The notes below the pieces were generated by a model. That model was given only the letters and a program-made list of their open reading frames with translations. It was not told the DNA's origin and made no database searches. This document shows, one piece after another, positions 7,721-15,167 of a DNA stretch of 23,386 nucleotides (position 1 is the first letter of the stretch; each line of letters opens with the position of its first letter). The translations under genes were made by a program, and so were the position numbers. The DNA is from Akkermansiaceae bacterium (GTDB lineage Bacteria; Verrucomicrobiota; Verrucomicrobiia; Verrucomicrobiales; Akkermansiaceae), in assembly GCA_051251915.1 (NCBI GenBank), contig JBPOGF010000034.1:1-23386 (forward strand), read 5' to 3'.

Positions 7721-8767
7721 ATGAAATTCGGAATCGTAGGAACAGGAATGATCGCTAACTTTCATGCTAAGGCGATCGAGGCAATGGAGGGTAGCTCGCT
7801 GCACTCATGCTTTGATAGAAATTTAGAAAGAGCGAATGAGTTTGCTGAGAAAAACGGCATTAAGACTTATGCCACAATTGAAGAGTTTCTGGCCGATCCT
7901 GAGCTAGAAATCGTCACTATTGGAACTCCCTCTGGGACTCATTTGGAGCCTGCGCTTGCGGGGTTGAATGCAGGGAAGCATGTGATCTGTGAGAAGCCGC
8001 TTGAGGTGACTCCGGAGCGTATTGACCCATTGATCGAAGCTTCTGAGAAGAACAACGTGACGCTTGCGGCGATCCTAAACCGTCGATTCAATGAGTCTGT
8101 GGTGAAACTGAAGGAGGCTTTTGATGCTGGGCGTTTCGGGACTGTGTCATTGGTAGAGGCTTCTATTAAATGGTATAGAGATCAGGCTTATTATGACTCT
8201 GCTGGATGGCGTGGGACATGGGCGCTGGATGGTGGTGGAGCATTGATGAATCAGTCGATCCATATTATTGATCAGTTAATCCATACGGTGGGGCCTGTTA
8301 AGCGAGTGGCAGCATCTATGGCCTTGCTTGCTCATGAGAACATAGAGGTGGAAGATACTGCGGTGGCTATTTTAGAGTTTGAAAATGGAGCGAAGGGGAT
8401 TGTCCAAGGTTCTACTGCATGTTGGTCATCTACTGGTCACCCTGCTGAGGTGAATATTTGTGGTAGTGAGGGTAGTGCTTTCCTTGCGGATGAGCATTTC
8501 AATGTCTGGGATTTCAAGACGCCAGCGCCTGAGGACGAGTATGTTCATGCGAATCTTATGGCTAGTGATGGTGCGGTTGGCCTAGGGGCTAATGATCCGA
8601 ATGCGATTAATTTCACTGGTCATCAACGTAATTTCGAGGAGGTGGTGAATGCTATTAAGGAGAATCGCCGTCCATCAGTAGATTGTCATGAAGCTAGAAA
8701 GGCTGTGGCGCTTATCTGCGCTATTTACGAGAGTGCGCGTAATGATGGCAAATGGGTGACTTTGTAA
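7721..8767 (+). CDS. Gfo/Idh/MocA family oxidoreductase
   Basis: MKFGIVGTGMIA, TPSGTH, GKHVICEKPL, WRGTWALDGGGALMNQSIHIID, EVED. Confidence 0.93.
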   Translation: MKFGIVGTGMIANFHAKAIEAMEGSSLHSCFDRNLERANEFAEKNGIKTYATIEEFLADPELEIVTIGTPSGTHLEPALAGLNAGKHVICEKPLEVTPERIDPLIEASEKNNVTLAAILNRRFNESVVKLKEAFDAGRFGTVSLVEASIKWYRDQAYYDSAGWRGTWALDGGGALMNQSIHIIDQLIHTVGPVKRVAASMALLAHENIEVEDTAVAILEFENGAKGIVQGSTACWSSTGHPAEVNICGSEGSAFLADEHFNVWDFKTPAPEDEYVHANLMASDGAVGLGANDPNAINFTGHQRNFEEVVNAIKENRRPSVDCHEARKAVALICAIYESARNDGKWVTL

Positions 8768-8790
8768 GGCGAGATAGAGCCAATCAATTT

Positions 8791-8825
8791 GTGTCTCAGG
8801 TGCTGAACCTGAGGCACTTTTTTTT
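8791..8825 (+). terminator. Rho-independent terminator of the operon
   Basis: gtgtctcagg-tgctgaa-cctgaggcac hairpin followed by T8. Confidence 0.85.
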
Positions 8826-8899
8826 GTTTAGTTTTTCTGAGAAATCTGGTGAAGGAACTTTAGTTGAATTACTGTGGTCCTCTGCTACCGTTTTGGTGT

Positions 8900-9844
8900 A
8901 TGAAAAAACTATTCTTGATTCCCTCCTGTGTAAAACGTTGTCTGATGTTGGGGTTGTGTCTTGGAATGACAGTTAGCTTAGTTCAGGCTCAGGTGGAGGT
9001 GCCTGATGTTCCCGTTGAGCCTAAGAAAAAAAGTAGTTTGCTGGGGTTGGCTGCCAAGTATGTGATGGGGACGAAGGGTGGAGATAAGCTTTTCTATGCT
9101 CCAGTGAAAGGCAAGGGGAGGACACCTGATTACTATGGAATAACGTATGAAGAGGTATTTTTCCGGAGTGCTGATGAGACGAAATTAAACGGTTGGTTTG
9201 TGCCGGCGAGGGAGGGTGTGGAGAAAGCGAAAGGGACGATCGTTTTCTCGCATGGAAATTATGGTAAGATGTCCAATCATCTAGGCTATGTGGACGGACT
9301 CATTACGGGAGGATATAATGTTTTCCTGTATGATTACAGAGGTTATGGATTATCTGATGGGGAGGCTGAGAAGGAGGGGATAATAGCGGATGTTGTGGCA
9401 GCGTTTCGCTATATCAAGACGCGCAAGGATATAGATCAGAAGAAGATATTGTCAGTTTCGCATAGTCTTGGTGGTGCGAAGTCGATCGCTGCGTTGGTGG
9501 AATATCAACCGCAAGGGCTGAGAGGGATAGTGGTGATGAATACATTTTCTTCTTATCGGAAGATGGCTCTTAAGCTGGCTGGGAATGCTGCGAACTATGT
9601 GGTTACTGACACGTATAACCCTGTGGATTTGGTGAAGAAGTTACCTAAGGTTCCGTTGCTGGTGATACACGCTGAGAACGACGATTTGATCCCATGTGCT
9701 CATGGGGAAGAGATTTTCTTGGCAGCTAATCAGCCGAAGACGATGATGAAGTGCAGGGCTGGCGGGCATAATAGTTTCTTAAGGGTGAATGAGCATGAAA
9801 ATGAGAAAAACCTCTTAAAATGGTTAGATAAAGCTGTAAAATAG
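8900..9844 (+). CDS. Exported alpha/beta hydrolase (YfhR/ABHD13-like)
   Basis: LNGWF, IVFSHGN, YDYRGYGLSDG, SHSLGG nucleophile elbow, PLLVIHAENDDLIP, GGHN. Signal-like N-terminus (..SLVQA-Q). Start set at ATG 8900; the ORF track starts at TTG 8864. Confidence 0.85.
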   Translation: MKKLFLIPSCVKRCLMLGLCLGMTVSLVQAQVEVPDVPVEPKKKSSLLGLAAKYVMGTKGGDKLFYAPVKGKGRTPDYYGITYEEVFFRSADETKLNGWFVPAREGVEKAKGTIVFSHGNYGKMSNHLGYVDGLITGGYNVFLYDYRGYGLSDGEAEKEGIIADVVAAFRYIKTRKDIDQKKILSVSHSLGGAKSIAALVEYQPQGLRGIVVMNTFSSYRKMALKLAGNAANYVVTDTYNPVDLVKKLPKVPLLVIHAENDDLIPCAHGEEIFLAANQPKTMMKCRAGGHNSFLRVNEHENEKNLLKWLDKAVK

Positions 9845-9949
9845 GAGGAAATTAAGAAGAAGTATAAATTTTTTGTAGACAAATCGGTAGCTCTATATTA
9901 AATCCGCACCCGCAACGCGAAGCAATGAGCGAGGCGAACAACAATAAAT

Positions 9950-10024
9950 GGCACGATAGCTCAGTGGTAGAGTAGAGGACTCATAAGCCTTTGGTCCCGA
10001 GTTCAAATCTCGGTCGTGCTACCA
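9950..10024 (+). tRNA. tRNA-Met (CAT), probably elongator
   Basis: Cloverleaf: ggcacga/tcgtgct acceptor, gctc-agtggta-gagt D arm, gagga-ctCATaa-gcctt anticodon arm, ccgag-ttcaaat-ctcgg T arm, encoded ACCA. No C1:A72 mismatch or triple G-C anticodon pairs (not initiator). A4 rather than C4 argues against Ile2. Confidence 0.93.
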
Positions 10025-10030
10025 ATTTCG

Positions 10031-10066
10031 AAAGCCCTTGATCTGTAATGGATCAGGGGCTTTTTT
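10031..10066 (+). terminator. Rho-independent terminator after the tRNA
   Basis: aaagcccttgatc-tgtaatg-gatcaggggc followed by T6. Confidence 0.85.
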
Positions 10067-10211
10067 GTTGGTGGGATTTGTGGAAGATGATGTTGGTTGA
10101 TAGTTTTTAGGCCGAGATGGTAGTGTGAGATGGTGAAATGGGTCAGATTTTTGACGATGATTTGGTTTAAATGGGCTCGATAATGGGTGTGTGATGGGGT
10201 ATGTTATTTGT

Positions 10212-11819
10212 ATGAGTAAGTTACCACCTAGTATTTTCAATGATGTTCTTGGTCCTGTGATGAGGGGGCCTAGTAGTTCTCATAGTGCTGCAGCGAATCG
10301 TATGGGGCGTATAGCTCGGGATTTGGTGGGTGAGAGGATTGTTAAATTGATCGCGAATTATGATCCGAATGGGTCGTTAGTGACGACGCATATTGACCAG
10401 GGGACGGACTTGGGGTTGTATAGTGGGATATTGGGTTGGGAGCCGCATGATGAGAGGTTGCCGACGTATCCGGAGGCTTTGGAGGAGGCAGGGATTGAGG
10501 TGGTGGTAAATTATGTGTCTTATGATGCTCCGCATCCGAATTTTTATCGGTTAGAGATTGTTGGGGAGAGTGGTTGTTCGTATTTCTTTGATGGGATTTC
10601 TACTGGTGGTGGTATGATAGAGTTGCAGGCTATTGATGGGATTCCGCTTGGTGGTGCAGGTGATCTGCACTCGACTTTATTTTGGCTGGAGGATGAGCCT
10701 GAGTCTGGGTTGTATGAGATGTCTGTTTTGGCGAAGGGTGCTGAGATTGTGGAGTGGTTGCCTGGTTTGGGTGATGGTGGGTTGTTGAGATTTGATTCAC
10801 GGGTTGTTCCTGCTGATGGTGATGTTTCTGAGCTGAGTGCTAAGTTAGGAGCGGATCGCTCACGAGTGTTGCGGGCGGTGTTGCCGATTCTTTCGAGGAA
10901 GAATTTGAGTGTGCCGTTTGAGCGATGCGGTGAGATGGACGCGCATGTTGAATTTGGGGATAGGCCGTTGTGGGAGAGTGCAGCTTGTTATGAGGCGGCT
11001 CGTGGGGGGATTTCTCCTGAGGAGGTGCTGGAGCGGATGAAGGTGTTGGCTAATATTATGGCGGATGCGGTGGCTGATGGGTTGAAGGGGACTGAGTATG
11101 AGGATCGTATTTTGCCGGCGCAGAGTCCTGGGTTTACTAAGGCGGAGAGTGAGGGGAAGTTGATACCAGCTGATATTAATAACAGGATTATTCGTTATGT
11201 TTCGGCATTGATGGAGATGAAGTCATCGATGGGGATTATTGTGGCGGCTCCTACGGCGGGATCTTGTGGGGCGATGCCTGGTGCGGTGTTGGCTATTGCG
11301 GATGCTTTGGGGGCGAGTGAGGATGAGAGGGCACGGGCTTTACTGGTCGCTGGGCTGATAGGGGTATTTATTGCGAAGGATGCAACGTTTGCGGCTGAGG
11401 AAGGTGGCTGTATGGCGGAGTGTGGATCTGGGTCTGCGATGGCTGCGGCAGCGATTGTGCATCTTGCAGGTGGGAGCACGGCGCATCAGTTGGCTGCGGC
11501 TTCGAGTGCGTTGCAGAATTGCTTTGGTATGGTTTGTGATCCTATTGCGAATAGGGTGGAGGCGCCATGTCTTGGCAAGAATGTGATGGCTGCGTCTAAT
11601 GCTTTGTCATGCGCGAATATGGCGCTGGCGGGGTATCAGCATTTGGTTCCGTTTGACGAGGTGGTGGTGGCTATGAATAAGGTGGCGCACCAGATTCCTC
11701 GTGAGTTGAGGTGTACTAATTTGGGAGGGCTTTCTATCACGCCTACGGCGGATAGGATAGCGGATCTCTTGGCTGCTAAGGCGAAGGCAAGAGCTTGTGG
11801 TTCTTGTAAGGGAGGTTAG
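10212..11819 (+). CDS. sdaA: Fe-S-dependent L-serine ammonia-lyase, fused beta+alpha chain
   Basis: SIFNDVLGPVMRGPSSSH, HPN, STGGG (beta part); IVAAPTAGSCG, GGCMAECG, GMVCDPIANRVEAPC, ELRCTNLGGL (alpha part with Fe-S cysteines). Start set at ATG 10212. Confidence 0.9.
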   Translation: MSKLPPSIFNDVLGPVMRGPSSSHSAAANRMGRIARDLVGERIVKLIANYDPNGSLVTTHIDQGTDLGLYSGILGWEPHDERLPTYPEALEEAGIEVVVNYVSYDAPHPNFYRLEIVGESGCSYFFDGISTGGGMIELQAIDGIPLGGAGDLHSTLFWLEDEPESGLYEMSVLAKGAEIVEWLPGLGDGGLLRFDSRVVPADGDVSELSAKLGADRSRVLRAVLPILSRKNLSVPFERCGEMDAHVEFGDRPLWESAACYEAARGGISPEEVLERMKVLANIMADAVADGLKGTEYEDRILPAQSPGFTKAESEGKLIPADINNRIIRYVSALMEMKSSMGIIVAAPTAGSCGAMPGAVLAIADALGASEDERARALLVAGLIGVFIAKDATFAAEEGGCMAECGSGSAMAAAAIVHLAGGSTAHQLAAASSALQNCFGMVCDPIANRVEAPCLGKNVMAASNALSCANMALAGYQHLVPFDEVVVAMNKVAHQIPRELRCTNLGGLSITPTADRIADLLAAKAKARACGSCKGG

Positions 11820-11841
11820 TACTAGGGAGGTGCTGTTTTTG

Positions 11842-13131
11842 CTAGGCGATGATGGGGCCATCGTCGCCTTCGAGCATTTTTAGGACGGCATCTACGACTG
11901 GGGTGTTGGCGTGGATGGTGGTGTCGGTTCTTGATTCGAGGATTTTGACTGAGAGTTCTGGGAATTCTTGGCCGAATACTAGGGCGAAGCGGGCGCCGGA
12001 TTGTTCTGCTTTTTGGAATTGTTTGTTGATCTTGATGGGTGCCATGGTGGTGTCTGCTTTGATTCCGGCGTTGCGGAGGTCTGCGAGGACTTTAATGGCG
12101 TCTAGGCGCTTGGTTTCATCTGCGATGACTAGGTAGACGTCGCAGGCGTTTTGGTTGGTGAGCCAGGCTTCTAGTTGCATGAGGGCTTGGGGGGCTTCCT
12201 CGATGAAGTTTCTGATGACTACGTCTCCCATGGCGAAGCCGGTGCAGGGGAGGTCTGCTACGCCGTTTGAGAGGGATTTGATGAGGTCATCGTATCGGCC
12301 GCCTCCGGCGATGGCGCGCATGGATTTCTTGGTGTCGAAGATTTCGAATACGGTTCCGGTGTAGTAGGCGAGGCCACGGACGATGGTGAGGTCTAGCTGG
12401 ATGTAGCTGCCGAGTCCGCGGGCTGTTAGATTTTCTTGGATCTGCTTGAAGGCAGGGGAGGCGTTTTCTGGGTTGTTGATGAATTCTCTGACTGTTGCTT
12501 CTGTTAGGTTGAATTTAGAGAGTTTCTCGGCGAGGACTTCTGGTTTGTCGCGTTCGATTTTGTCGATGATTTGGAGGAAGCCGGTGGTGTCTGAGATGTT
12601 GTGCTCTGTGCAGAATGTGAGCCATGATTCGCGGTCTGAGGCGCGGATGATGAAGTCGTCTGCGGTGAAGCCTAGGGCGAGCATGGTGTCGATGGAGAGG
12701 GCGATGAGTTCTGCGTCTGCGCCTGGGTCTGATTCTCCGATGATGTCTGCGTTGAACTGGATGAACTCGCGGGTTCTGCCTCGCTGTTGTTTCTCATAGC
12801 GGAAGCATTGGCCGATCTCGAACCATTTCATTGGTTTTGGGAAATCGCGCTGGTTTCCGGCGACGATGCGGGCGAGTGAGGCGGTGAGTTCTGGGCGAAG
12901 GGTGACGTCTCGCTTGCCTTGGTCAGTGAATCTGAAGAGCTGGGTGGAGAGTTCGTCTCCGGCTTTCTTGAGGTAGAGTTCGGTGGATTCTAGCATGGGG
13001 GCTTCGTATTCGGTGAAGCCGTAGCGTGTGGCGACGTTGCGCCAAGTTTCGAATAGGTAGTTGCGGATTGCGCAGTCACGCGGTGTGAAGTCTCTGAACC
13101 CGGGTAGTGATTGAAATCTTTTGTCAGCCAT
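11842..13131 (-). CDS. hisS: Histidine--tRNA ligase
   Basis: PGFRDF, LRPELT, FRYEKQQRGRTREFIQ, RGLAYYTG, GGGRYD, GFAMG, plus the C-terminal anticodon-binding domain. Confidence 0.96.
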   Translation of the reverse strand: MADKRFQSLPGFRDFTPRDCAIRNYLFETWRNVATRYGFTEYEAPMLESTELYLKKAGDELSTQLFRFTDQGKRDVTLRPELTASLARIVAGNQRDFPKPMKWFEIGQCFRYEKQQRGRTREFIQFNADIIGESDPGADAELIALSIDTMLALGFTADDFIIRASDRESWLTFCTEHNISDTTGFLQIIDKIERDKPEVLAEKLSKFNLTEATVREFINNPENASPAFKQIQENLTARGLGSYIQLDLTIVRGLAYYTGTVFEIFDTKKSMRAIAGGGRYDDLIKSLSNGVADLPCTGFAMGDVVIRNFIEEAPQALMQLEAWLTNQNACDVYLVIADETKRLDAIKVLADLRNAGIKADTTMAPIKINKQFQKAEQSGARFALVFGQEFPELSVKILESRTDTTIHANTPVVDAVLKMLEGDDGPIIA

Positions 13132-13197
13132 AGCGGTGGGAATGTGGCTGATATGGGGGAAGTTGCAAGTTTGTTTTTATTGGTAAATCGACAGTTG

Positions 13198-13800
13198 TTA
13201 AGGTGTGGTTGGGGTGAAGCGAGATTTTGTTTTTCTACTTCGTAGAATACAGTATAAAAAGGTTAATAGTGTTGGGATGAAGGCTGATTTTGTGTTGCGC
13301 CAGATCTTACGTTGCCTCATCCTGTTAGTGTAAAATTTGAAGGAGTCTCCATTCCATGAATTAACATCGTCAGGGTCTCTGCCTTTTGAGGAGGAGACTC
13401 CATCCTCACCAGCTAAATAAAATCCATAACCGTCAGGTAGAGTTAGATCTCTTATGTAGATAGGTGGTGCACCCCAAAGTCGGAGGTGATGATTTTCGGA
13501 AATTTCCTGTGAAAATTGTAGGAGAGAAAAGTTCTTATCGTTAGTATCATTAAATACCTCATGATCTGGATCTTTTAGATAGTTTTCTTTAATCATTTTA
13601 TTTAAGAATTCCTCATCAGGGAGTGGTTTTTCCTCAATTTCAAGATGAAGAATCATGAAATGGTGTAACTGTTTAAGCTTAATATAGGATCTAAAGGCGC
13701 TGTGTGTGCCTAGGCTATGTGTGACTCTTGTAATTAAGAGCATAGAAATGGTGAAAACTATTAATGAAATGAAGGTTGTTTTAAGTATGGGTATCTTCAT
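13198..13800 (-). CDS. Hypothetical membrane protein with GspG-like C-terminal motif (paralog of 14575-15162)
   Basis: 200 aa, AT-rich, hydrophobic segments at both ends, motif WGAPPIY...GFYLAGEDGVSSSKGRDPDDVNSWN. Confidence 0.7.
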   Translation of the reverse strand: MKIPILKTTFISLIVFTISMLLITRVTHSLGTHSAFRSYIKLKQLHHFMILHLEIEEKPLPDEEFLNKMIKENYLKDPDHEVFNDTNDKNFSLLQFSQEISENHHLRLWGAPPIYIRDLTLPDGYGFYLAGEDGVSSSKGRDPDDVNSWNGDSFKFYTNRMRQRKIWRNTKSAFIPTLLTFLYCILRSRKTKSRFTPTTP

Positions 13801-13805
13801 CGTGG

Positions 13806-13826
13806 TTCAAAGTGCGTAACTTTGAA
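13806..13826. repeat. Perfect 8-bp inverted repeat
   Basis: ttcaaagt-gcgta-actttgaa, 5 nt upstream of the ATG at 13800. Confidence 0.65.
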
Positions 13827-13871
13827 ACTAATCCAACTGATGGATCTCCACAAGCTTTAAGAATAGATGCG

Positions 13872-14549
13872 TTAGCTCAGGACTGAGTAGAGGGGGCAGC
13901 GGGAGAGGTCTATTTCTCCGGTGCGGTATTGGTCTAGGAGTTGTTTGGAGCGTTTGGCTAGCATGCGGCGGACTTCGCGGCGTTTGCCTTTTTCTCGGGG
14001 GATGGTCATGTGGTCGTAGGCGGTGGTCTGGTGGCGCATCCAGGCGATGGTGGCGGCTTCTGCGCGCTGCTCGATGGGGATGGTTTTGGTTCTGGCTACG
14101 GTTCCGCTGCTTACGGGGATGGCGTGCTCTGTGATGCGGGTGGCCATGTCTGTGGCGAGGTCTTCTACGTCTGGGTGGAAGTTTAGGTATTGGATGATGG
14201 CGTGGCAGAATTCTATTTTGTAGGCTTCTTGATCGCGTTCGCGTTTGGCTCGGCCTGCGTCTAGTTTCTTTTGGTAGGACGGGTCTTGGCGTTCGAGGAT
14301 GAGTTGTTGTTTTAGAAATTCTATTCGGTCTGCTGGTGCGTAGATGCCTTTGGAGAAGAGTTTGCGGCCTTTGGGTTCTTTGACTGTCCAGGTGGGGCCG
14401 TCTTTTTTGATTCTGCGGCTGAGGGCGGCGTCGCCTGGGGGGAGGAGTGCCCAGGTGGAGGGGATTTGGAGTTGGTCTCCGTTTAGTGCGGTGACGTGGC
14501 CGGTTTTTTTGCTGTTGCGGACTTCGAGGGTTTGGTTTTGGTGAATCAT
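13872..14549 (-). CDS. DUF2293-like basic protein
   Basis: WALLPPGDAALSRR, FSKGIYAP, SGTVART, ATIAWMRHQTTAYD resemble DUF2293 proteins from memory. Confidence 0.75.
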   Translation of the reverse strand: MIHQNQTLEVRNSKKTGHVTALNGDQLQIPSTWALLPPGDAALSRRIKKDGPTWTVKEPKGRKLFSKGIYAPADRIEFLKQQLILERQDPSYQKKLDAGRAKRERDQEAYKIEFCHAIIQYLNFHPDVEDLATDMATRITEHAIPVSSGTVARTKTIPIEQRAEAATIAWMRHQTTAYDHMTIPREKGKRREVRRMLAKRSKQLLDQYRTGEIDLSRCPLYSVLS

Positions 14550-14574
14550 TTATACTTGAGAGGGGTGGCTGAGA

Positions 14575-15162
14575 TTATTTTTTTCCCGTAAGTGGGAACA
14601 TAAGGAGGATGAAGGTAATGGATGCTAGGATGGTTGAAATGGTGATGATTTTTTTTGTTTCTTTTTGATGACCACGGTCATAATAGAAATGCCATGATTC
14701 TCTATTCCAAGAGTTGATGTCATCTGGGTCATTACCTGATGTTTTGGAAACGTGATCTTCTCCTGTTAGATAGAAGCCGAAGCCTGAGGGGAGTTCCTTG
14801 TTTCTAACGCATATGAGGGAGGAGTTCCAGTAATCTAACTGTTTTATAGACGAAATATCGAAATGTAAAATGGCTATGTATGAGTATTCGGGATGAGGGT
14901 ATTCGAGACCTGCATTTCTGGAGACTTCATCAAGTGATTTATTTGAATAACATTCTGCAATTATTTGGTTAAGAGTTGTTTCTTCTGAAATATTTAACTC
15001 TACATGTTGGAGTTCAGTTAAAATGCGTTCTATGTTTCTAAGGTGATACTGAATGCGGGGTTCGGAATAATTAGATAATGGTCTGTTGTTATCGCCAAAA
15101 ACGTAGCATGCGACGTACACTCCTGTGGAGATGGCTAGGGCGATGAGAATACGTTTGATCAT
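14575..15162 (-). CDS. Hypothetical membrane protein with GspG-like C-terminal motif (paralog of 13198-13800)
   Basis: 195 aa, AT-rich, starts 5 nt after the dnaB stop, hydrophobic at both ends, motif LDYWNS...GFYLTGEDHVSKTSGNDPDDINSWN. Confidence 0.7.
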   Translation of the reverse strand: MIKRILIALAISTGVYVACYVFGDNNRPLSNYSEPRIQYHLRNIERILTELQHVELNISEETTLNQIIAECYSNKSLDEVSRNAGLEYPHPEYSYIAILHFDISSIKQLDYWNSSLICVRNKELPSGFGFYLTGEDHVSKTSGNDPDDINSWNRESWHFYYDRGHQKETKKIITISTILASITFILLMFPLTGKK

Positions 15163-15167
15163 TATTT

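Noticed and set aside
9873..9910. Exact promoter of the tRNA (TAGACA ... TTAAAT/TAAATC plus GC-rich tract)
   Set aside because: A promoter is likely here, but no -10 assignment fits well enough to call coordinates.
10019..10240. 73-aa minus-strand ORF between the tRNA and sdaA
   Set aside because: Overlaps the tRNA end, the terminator and the sdaA start; composition reflects strand bias.
11842..13131. HisZ instead of HisS
   Set aside because: Retains RGLAYYTG, GGGRYD and the C-terminal anticodon-binding domain.
13801..13875. Possible integron attC site (TAAC...GTTA) beside an AT-rich cassette-like gene
   Set aside because: Arms are not symmetric, the RYYYAAC/GTTRRRY boxes do not match, and there is no second copy or integrase.
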